From contig JBMFOP010000080.1 of assembly GCA_049969675.1 (NCBI GenBank), forward strand, positions 1 to 13,729: a DNA stretch of 13,729 nt, in the 5' to 3' direction. The DNA comes from Myxococcota bacterium. GTDB taxonomy: Bacteria > Myxococcota > SpSt-1050. Each line of letters begins with the position of its first letter. Position 1 is the stretch's first letter. Positions 1 to 6,304 of this stretch are shown here, piece after piece. The position numbers and the translations under genes were made by a program. The notes under the pieces were generated by a model, which had not been told where the DNA came from, made no database searches, and saw only the letters and a list, made by a program, of their open reading frames with translations.

Positions 1-66
1 ATTTCAAAGCATGAATTTTACGAGGCAAATTTACCCGTCCATAATCCTTATTTTACAAAAACATAA
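1..66 (+). CDS. Possible 3' end of an upstream gene (ISKHEFYEANLPVHNPYFTKT*), convergent with pit
   Basis: Frame 1 is open from base 1 to TAA at 64-66. It is only 21 codons and has no recognisable motif, so it could be chance. Confidence 0.25.
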   Translation: MSKHEFYEANLPVHNPYFTKT

Positions 67-101
67 CTTCTCAAATCAGATTATTCTGGACAGCAGTGAA
101 G

Positions 102-1088
102 TTAGAAGATAATCTTATAAGAGTAGTAGAGGAGTGCTGATGTGATGGTGGTAACAGGGATGGTTATTATCCATGCTATGAATAATTTTCCAGCCAGCCC
201 CCACTTTACCGCAGTAAATCTCTGAATCGCACCTACCCCCATTATACTTCCGGCAATTGTATGGGTAGTGCTTATGGGAACTCCGAGGACAGAGGCAAAA
301 ATTATTGAGAGCCCGGCTGATGTCTCTGCGGAAAATCCAGATATCGGTCTTAATTTTGTTACTTTATGCCCCATTGTCTCAATCACCTTCCATCCGCCAA
401 GATAGGTTCCGATGGCGATGGTCAAATATGAAGCAAATGCTACCCAGTAGGGGACATAAAATTTATCTCCGAGCAATCCACCTGAGTAGAGGGCGATTGC
501 AATTATCCCCATCGTCTTCTGTGCATCATTACCACCGTGCGAGAGTGAGAAGAGGGATGCAGATATAAGCTGCAGCTTTCTGAAGATTGAATCAACCTTA
601 TAAGGTGTCTTTCGTCTGACTATAAGATAGGATACTACCATTAAAATATATCCGAGAACAAAACCGAGCAATGGGGAGAAGAAGATAAATATGACAACCT
701 TTGATATACCAGAAAGATTTAGAGCAGATATACCTCCCTGAATGAGCACAGGGCCAATTAATCCACCCACAAGTGAATGAGATGCAGATATCGGGATCCC
801 GAGGAAGGTGGTCAACCAGAGCCAGAGACCTGAGCTTATAAGTCCAGTAGCCACCATCGGGAGTGTCACTATATCAGGGTTTACAACGCCCTTTCCTATC
901 GTATTAGCCACCTTTAGTTCAAAGACAAAGAGTGCGGCGAAGTTGCAGAAGGCAGCCATTATTACTGCCTGCCTCGGCTTTAATACCTTTGTGGAGACAA
1001 TAGTAGCAATAGAGTTTGCAGCATCGTTCATCCCGTTTAAAAGGTCAAATATGAGAGCCATTACTACAACTATTACTACGACTGTCAT
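102..1088 (-). CDS. pit: Inorganic phosphate transporter, PiT (PHO4) family
   Basis: Highly hydrophobic 328 aa protein with both PiT signature repeats: NGMNDAANSIAT...GIPISASH and HGGNDAQKTMG...GVPISTTH. GAGG SD-like motif upstream of the ATG (plus-strand cctc at 1099-1102). Confidence 0.95.
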   Translation of the reverse strand: MTVVVIVVVMALIFDLLNGMNDAANSIATIVSTKVLKPRQAVIMAAFCNFAALFVFELKVANTIGKGVVNPDIVTLPMVATGLISSGLWLWLTTFLGIPISASHSLVGGLIGPVLIQGGISALNLSGISKVVIFIFFSPLLGFVLGYILMVVSYLIVRRKTPYKVDSIFRKLQLISASLFSLSHGGNDAQKTMGIIAIALYSGGLLGDKFYVPYWVAFASYLTIAIGTYLGGWKVIETMGHKVTKLRPISGFSAETSAGLSIIFASVLGVPISTTHTIAGSIMGVGAIQRFTAVKWGLAGKLFIAWIITIPVTTITSALLYYSYKIIF

Positions 1089-1236
1089 AATTTATCTACC
1101 TCTGCTACAAAAGCTCCTTCAAAAAATCCAGCCCCCTATTATCAACTTTATAGTCAATTGTAAATGATTAAATTTTATTTGAAAAATTTTATTTATCTGT
1201 TAGATATAGGGAGTCGTCAGTTCCGGGAGAAGAAAG

Positions 1237-1716
1237 ATGATTATAGGTATAATATCTGATTCGCACGATAATATCCCTTTAATAAGGAGGGCTATAGTCT
1301 ATCTAAACGAGAAGAATGTCAATATGGTCATTCACGCCGGAGATTATGTAGCCCCCTTTTCTGTAAGATTATTTAAGGAATTTAATTCCCCATGGATTGG
1401 GGTCTTTGGAAATAATGACGGGGAGAAGAAGGGATTGACAGTGGTATCTGAAAATCGTATTCAGGAACCGCCATACGAATTAAACCTTGGAGGGAAGAGT
1501 GTATATATAACACACAACATCAATCTTGAATCCCAAGACGGAATTATCCCCGGAAGGGATATCATAATATTCGGGCACAATCATGAGGCATCAATTAGCA
1601 AGAAGGGGAATCAGTTGTATATCAATCCAGGTGAGCTCTGTGGCTATATTACAGGCAGGGCGACGCTGGCAATCCTGGACACAGATAAGATGGACGCCGA
1701 GATTGTGGAAATTTAG
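1237..1716 (+). CDS. Metallophosphoesterase, YfcE/MJ0936/Vps29 family
   Basis: Calcineurin-like motifs SDSHDN, HAGD, GNND, TH, FGHNH and NPG in a 159 aa protein with no signal peptide. GGGAGA SD-like motif upstream. Confidence 0.92.
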   Translation: MIIGIISDSHDNIPLIRRAIVYLNEKNVNMVIHAGDYVAPFSVRLFKEFNSPWIGVFGNNDGEKKGLTVVSENRIQEPPYELNLGGKSVYITHNINLESQDGIIPGRDIIIFGHNHEASISKKGNQLYINPGELCGYITGRATLAILDTDKMDAEIVEI

Positions 1717-1738
1717 GACTTAAGAAGGGAAAATTAAT

Positions 1739-3703
1739 ATGAAAAATAATAAGTTCTGGTTCTTTGTGGCCTTAATACAGGTTCTTTTTGCCATCATTTT
1801 TTTTGCATCCTGCAATGTCCGTGAGAGGGAACCCTATAATCTGAGCAATCAGGATATTAGACTCACAATATTGCATACAAGTGATATCCATTCCAGACTC
1901 TTTCCTTATAAATATATACCTCTCACAACAGATGAAGACCTTGGGCTCAATCCCGACAATGGCCCATTTGGAGGGTTTGCACGGATTTCCTACATTGTGA
2001 AGAGAGAGAGAGAAAAGGCACAGCGGAGCGTCTATCTGGACTCTGGGGACATATTTCAGGGTGCCCCAATATTCAATCTATTTAAGGGTGAAGTAGAATT
2101 TATGATGTTGAGCGAATTAAAACCAGCCGCTATGGTGATAGGCAATCACGAATTTGACCTCGGTGTGAAGAATCTACAGACCCAATATGTCAACTATGGT
2201 TTATTCCCTCTACTTGCTGCCAACTATATCTTTGATTCGGGGGTTCAACAGAAGAGCGAAATCGGCAGATATGTCGCCCCTTATACCATTGTAGATGTTG
2301 ACGGATTGAGACTCGGTATAATAGGGATGGGAGATATTGACTCAATGTATTCAATCGGAGAAGGCGGAAACTCAATGGGAATTACACCACTTGATACATA
2401 TACCACATTGACCAGATATGTAAATGAACTCAAAGATAGGGTAGACCTCATAATTGTCCTCTCTCATATGGGGCTCAGTCACGATGTAAAGATTGTGCAG
2501 GGATATGATACCTGGCTCAGAGAAGGAGATACACCACCGGAGGGATGGGTGAGAGTTGAAGATAAAAATCCGATACAGTATGAAGACCCCAATACACCGC
2601 TCAAAGAGGAATCTGACAACCCAGACCTTGAGTACAAAGAGGGATGGGTAAAATACCATGTCCCCGGCGTAAGAGGGATTGACCTTATTCTGGGAGGACA
2701 TCTGCACATAGTCACAGACCCACCGAAGGTCCTCAAAGATGTGGATGGAAGAGATGTCATAATCTGTCATGATGGGGCTTTTGCAAAGTTTGTCGGGAGG
2801 CTTGACCTGATAATAAGGGATGGTGAGATAAAGGATTTTACTCATAAGATATTCCCTGTTGATAATACTGTCCCCGAGGATGCAGAGATAGTAAAGAAGT
2901 TGGAGCCATATAGAATCAAACTCTACGAGGAGATGCAGATAACCAGACCTGTGGCATTCTCCTTATCAAAGATTAGAAGATTTAATGCAAATGGTGGGGA
3001 TTCGCAATTGGGCAATCTGGTGGCAGATGCTATGAGAGTGAGAAAGAGGGTGGAGGCAGAATTTGCTATTACCAATTCACTCGGCATAAGAACAGATTTT
3101 GAACAGGGGCTTATCAATATTGAGGACCTATTCAATGTCTTCCCATTTGAAAATACAGTAACGATTATGTACCTCTCCGGTGCGGAGGTTCAGGAGACCC
3201 TTGATTATATTGCTCGCAGGAGTGCTGATAGAGGTTGCAAGACACAGGCACAGGTCTCAGGGGTCTCATTTGTGATGAATTGTACATCAAAGAAGGCAGA
3301 GAATGTGGGGATAGGTGGCTCCGGGCTCCCCTGTGAGAAAGACGAGGATTGCTCAACAAATGAATTCTGTGCAGTAGGTAATAGATGCAGAAAGCATCTG
3401 GATCCAAACTCAAGCTATAAACTCGCCACAAATGATTATATGGCTGGTGGAGGTTCTGGATTTCTGATGCTGAAGAGAAATACAACCAAGTACAACACAT
3501 ACGTCTCTCTAAGAGATACACTTAAGGACTATATTCAGACATTTTCTGTCTGTACCGATGATGACTTCAATCAACTTGACTCTAAGACAGCAAAGGCACT
3601 TAAAGATTCATATGAAGATTTAAGGAAGATATATTTACAGATCCCCTGTATCAATTTTAGCAAATTATCAGAGGGTGAAAGAATAAAGGTCAAAAATGAA
3701 TAA
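1739..3703 (+). CDS. Bifunctional metallophosphatase / 5'-nucleotidase (UshA/CpdB-like), predicted lipoprotein
   Basis: N-terminal metallophosphatase motifs HTSDIH, DSGDIFQG, GNHEFD, LSHMG, GGHLH. C-terminal 5'-nucleotidase domain motifs SQLGNLVADAM, NSLGIR, FPFEN, YKLATNDYMAGGGSGF. Signal peptide with lipobox FASC (Cys25). Confidence 0.93.
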   Translation: MKNNKFWFFVALIQVLFAIIFFASCNVREREPYNLSNQDIRLTILHTSDIHSRLFPYKYIPLTTDEDLGLNPDNGPFGGFARISYIVKREREKAQRSVYLDSGDIFQGAPIFNLFKGEVEFMMLSELKPAAMVIGNHEFDLGVKNLQTQYVNYGLFPLLAANYIFDSGVQQKSEIGRYVAPYTIVDVDGLRLGIIGMGDIDSMYSIGEGGNSMGITPLDTYTTLTRYVNELKDRVDLIIVLSHMGLSHDVKIVQGYDTWLREGDTPPEGWVRVEDKNPIQYEDPNTPLKEESDNPDLEYKEGWVKYHVPGVRGIDLILGGHLHIVTDPPKVLKDVDGRDVIICHDGAFAKFVGRLDLIIRDGEIKDFTHKIFPVDNTVPEDAEIVKKLEPYRIKLYEEMQITRPVAFSLSKIRRFNANGGDSQLGNLVADAMRVRKRVEAEFAITNSLGIRTDFEQGLINIEDLFNVFPFENTVTIMYLSGAEVQETLDYIARRSADRGCKTQAQVSGVSFVMNCTSKKAENVGIGGSGLPCEKDEDCSTNEFCAVGNRCRKHLDPNSSYKLATNDYMAGGGSGFLMLKRNTTKYNTYVSLRDTLKDYIQTFSVCTDDDFNQLDSKTAKALKDSYEDLRKIYLQIPCINFSKLSEGERIKVKNE

Positions 3704-4883
3704 GAAAAAACCATTTATTATTTTTTGTTTAGTCTGTCTCTTCCTATTTTACTGTTCAACCGAACAGATAGGCATTGAAGACAATCTTCAGTCATTTGAG
3801 ATCAGGATACTGTCTCCCGAGAATCTTGGCTCAGAGAAGGACCTCCTGCCAGCAGATACGAATACCATAATCTTTCAGGTAAAGGCACTTGGTAGTAAAG
3901 GCGAAGACCCATATAAAATTACGAAGGATCTCTCTCTATACCTCAACTTTGGTGGAAGAAGCACTTTTATAAAGACCATAAAAATCACAGGAGGGATTTC
4001 TGCTGAGGAAAGAGTTGAGGTGACCAATATATACGGGAAGGCGCACATTATGGTTGCAGATGATCAGGGAGATATGCCATCTTATGCAGCGGGCTCATCA
4101 GAGGAGATCTACTTTAGAAATCCCTCAATTGATGATATTCAGAAGAGCTCTATGGGGGGCCCACCTTTTAGTTCAGATATGGCTGGATACAGGGTAAATA
4201 TCAGAGGGCAGAGGAACAACATCGGCAGGATGGTGGTCACAGCAGTTACAAATACCGGCTTCTATATAACAGACCTTGCGTCCAATTTGAATCCACCACC
4301 CTCACTATTTGTATATAACTTCTCAAGGCCTTATGGTATTTATAGATATCAGATGTTGTGTTCCCTCACCGGCGGTGTTCAGGAACATCTTGGAGACACA
4401 CAGATTACATTCCCGGACTGGCTCACCTATGAAGATTGTAAGATTATAGATTCATTGCAATGTCAGATATGTCTTGCAGAACTCAAAGAATATGAGGGGA
4501 AGAATAATATTGAACCATATAAACTGACGACACAGACCACCTATGATAAGACACTTATGGAAGCCCTTGAGTCTTCACTCGTGGTAATAGAAAATGCAAC
4601 CATTATGAATATGTTTGAATCCGCATACGACAGAGATACCTATATAGACTATGGACAGTACAAGGTCAGACTCAACGATACAACTGCGTCAGCCACATTG
4701 CTCGTAATTTCAAGAGACAATGTCTCAGACTTTGACCCTTCAAAATACATCGGCAAGACATTTTCTTATGTCAGAGGGATCCTGACCGAATTGAATTTTG
4801 GTAGCACAAATTCAATGTGGATAGTTAATGTTAGAGATAAATACGATATTTGTATAGAGGGCTATTGTCCAAAGAAAAATTGA
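3696..4883 (+). CDS. Hypothetical lipoprotein with YhcR/ExeM-type OB-fold (putative nucleic-acid-binding) region
   Basis: Basic N-terminus and hydrophobic stretch ending LFYC (Cys20). Residues ~143-241 (SIDDIQ...SSDMAGYRVNI...VVTAVTNTGFYITD...LFVY...LTGGVQEHLGDTQI) and EALESSLV resemble the OB-fold pattern of ExeM/NucH/YhcR nucleases. 8-bp overlap (ATGAATAA) with the upstream gene. Confidence 0.8.
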   Translation: MNKKKPFIIFCLVCLFLFYCSTEQIGIEDNLQSFEIRILSPENLGSEKDLLPADTNTIIFQVKALGSKGEDPYKITKDLSLYLNFGGRSTFIKTIKITGGISAEERVEVTNIYGKAHIMVADDQGDMPSYAAGSSEEIYFRNPSIDDIQKSSMGGPPFSSDMAGYRVNIRGQRNNIGRMVVTAVTNTGFYITDLASNLNPPPSLFVYNFSRPYGIYRYQMLCSLTGGVQEHLGDTQITFPDWLTYEDCKIIDSLQCQICLAELKEYEGKNNIEPYKLTTQTTYDKTLMEALESSLVVIENATIMNMFESAYDRDTYIDYGQYKVRLNDTTASATLLVISRDNVSDFDPSKYIGKTFSYVRGILTELNFGSTNSMWIVNVRDKYDICIEGYCPKKN

Positions 4884-4888
4884 TATAA

Positions 4889-4919
4889 GGTCTTTCTTCT
4901 CTATTTAAGAGGGGAGACT
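4889..4919 (+). terminator. Possible hairpin after the lipoprotein gene (weak terminator or RNA-stability stem)
   Basis: GTCTTTCTTCT pairs with AGAGGGGAGAC (11 bp, 3 G-U) around a 7-nt loop, starting 6-7 nt after the stop codon. There is no good U-tract. Confidence 0.3.
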
Positions 4920-4969
4920 ATAGTTGAAGAAGACATACGATATAAAGATTTAAGGCTTGATTTTTGATC

Positions 4970-4997
4970 TTGACTATGTAATAGCGAATCATACTGT
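4970..4997 (+). promoter_or_regulatory. Putative sigma70 promoter for the radical SAM gene
   Basis: TTGACT (4970-4975), a 16-bp spacer, then TACTGT (4992-4997), 11 nt before the ATG at 5009. Confidence 0.35.
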
Positions 4998-5008
4998 AGA
5001 GCCATCTT

Positions 5009-6295
5009 ATGCCAAAGATTGACCCGATAATAAATAGACTAAAAATACTTGCTCAGGGTGCCAGATTTGACGCCTCCTGTGCCTCCCCATACGGCGGGGG
5101 ACTCACCTTTAATGAGAGGAGAAGAGATATCTCAAGATTTATCTATCACAGCTGGACAGAGGATGGCAGATGCGTGCCAATACTAAAGGTGCTGCTCACA
5201 AATTACTGTATATACGACTGTGCATACTGCCACAACAGGAGGTCAAACGATATAGAGAGAAGTACCTTTACTCCAGAGGAGCTCGCAAATATTACATCTG
5301 AACTCCATAAAAGGCACAGGATTGAAGGTCTATTTTTAAGTAGCGGCATAATAAAGGATGCCGATTACACTATGGAGTTGATGCTCAGGACAATTTCAAT
5401 TTTGAGAGATGAACATAAATTCTCTGGATATATTCATACAAAGATTCTGCCCGGGACAGATGAGATTTTAATTGAGAAGATTGGAAGACTTGCAGACAGG
5501 ATATCTGTAAATATTGAGCTCCCCTCTGAAGATTCCCTAAAATTTCTGGCACCGGACAAAGACAGAGAGAAGATTTTAAGACCGATGATTACAATATCGG
5601 AACTCATAAAGAAATATAGATATGATAATAAAAAGTTTGATTCAACACTCAGATTCTCCCCATCCGGACATAGCACACAGATAATCGTTGGTGCTACAGA
5701 AGATACAGACTATAGGATGTTACTTCTATCAGAGTATCTGTATAAGAGACTCTCTCTCTCAAGGGTCTATTATTCCGCTTATGTCCCTGTAAATGAGGAC
5801 AGCCGTCTCCCGCGTTATAATGAACCCCCTTTAAGAAGGGAGCACAGGCTTTATCAGGCTGACTGGCTTATAAGAGATTATGGATTTGAGATTGGGGAAC
5901 TTCTATCTGAGGGTGAGCCAAATCTATCGCTTATGCTTGACCCGAAGACAGAGTGGGCATTAAAAAATCTAAATAGATTCCCGATTGATATAAATAAGGC
6001 TGACTACGAAGAACTTATTCGTATCCCCGGTATAGGGATTAGAACAGCCCGCCGAATCCTCAATCTCAGGAGATATCATTCGCTAAATGAAACAGATTTG
6101 AAGAGATTGAAAGTCCCAATGAAGAGGAGCTCACATTTTATATTGATAAATGGCAGGTATATTGGACAAAAGTTTGATAGTGATTTTATAAAATCACATC
6201 TGATAAAGAAAAAAGATTATGAACAATTGAGGTTCATCTTTGATAGAGATGAGATCAAGGAGGACCTTATTGCCAGCAATACAGGAGAGCTTTGA
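5009..6295 (+). CDS. Putative DNA modification/repair radical SAM protein (TIGR03916-type) with C-terminal helix-hairpin-helix
   Basis: Family-typical motifs FDASCAS, HSWTEDGRC, KVLLTNYCIYDCAYC (CxxxCxxC), IEGLFLSSG, GYIHTK, ADRISVNIELP, RVYYSAY, REHRLYQADWLIRDYGF and DPK..WAL. HhH motif LIRIPGIGIRTARRI. Confidence 0.93.
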   Translation: MPKIDPIINRLKILAQGARFDASCASPYGGGLTFNERRRDISRFIYHSWTEDGRCVPILKVLLTNYCIYDCAYCHNRRSNDIERSTFTPEELANITSELHKRHRIEGLFLSSGIIKDADYTMELMLRTISILRDEHKFSGYIHTKILPGTDEILIEKIGRLADRISVNIELPSEDSLKFLAPDKDREKILRPMITISELIKKYRYDNKKFDSTLRFSPSGHSTQIIVGATEDTDYRMLLLSEYLYKRLSLSRVYYSAYVPVNEDSRLPRYNEPPLRREHRLYQADWLIRDYGFEIGELLSEGEPNLSLMLDPKTEWALKNLNRFPIDINKADYEELIRIPGIGIRTARRILNLRRYHSLNETDLKRLKVPMKRSSHFILINGRYIGQKFDSDFIKSHLIKKKDYEQLRFIFDRDEIKEDLIASNTGEL

Positions 6296-6304
6296 TGAAG
6301 AAAA

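Noticed and set aside
1082..1099. CTGTCAT, an exact E. coli Pho-box half-site, at the start of the phosphate transporter
   Set aside because: It is simply the reverse complement of the first codons (ATG ACA G). The second half-site 11 bp on (TATCTAC) matches only 2 of 7 positions.
305..1167. Plus-strand ORFs 305..568 and 808..1167
   Set aside because: Antisense shadows of the well-supported pit gene, with no motifs.
1797..1804. T8 tract in the nucleotidase signal peptide as a phase-variation site
   Set aside because: Short, explained by Ile-Phe-Phe codons in an AT-rich genome, and the frame is intact.
2190..3521. Five minus-strand ORFs within the nucleotidase gene
   Set aside because: Fully antisense to a conserved gene, with no recognisable domains.
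4920..5008. LexA/SOS box upstream of the putative DNA-repair gene
   Set aside because: No match seen to CTGT-N8-ACAG, GAAC-N4-GTTC or the Myxococcus-type box. Only an isolated CTGT is present.
5750..5760. (CT)5 microsatellite in the radical SAM gene
   Set aside because: Only five units, encoding Leu-Ser-Leu-Ser. CT/GA runs are common throughout this window.
6293..6298. TGA readthrough or selenocysteine at the end of the radical SAM gene
   Set aside because: Tandem TGA TGA at the family-typical C-terminal length, immediately abutting hypF, with no SECIS-like hairpin seen.
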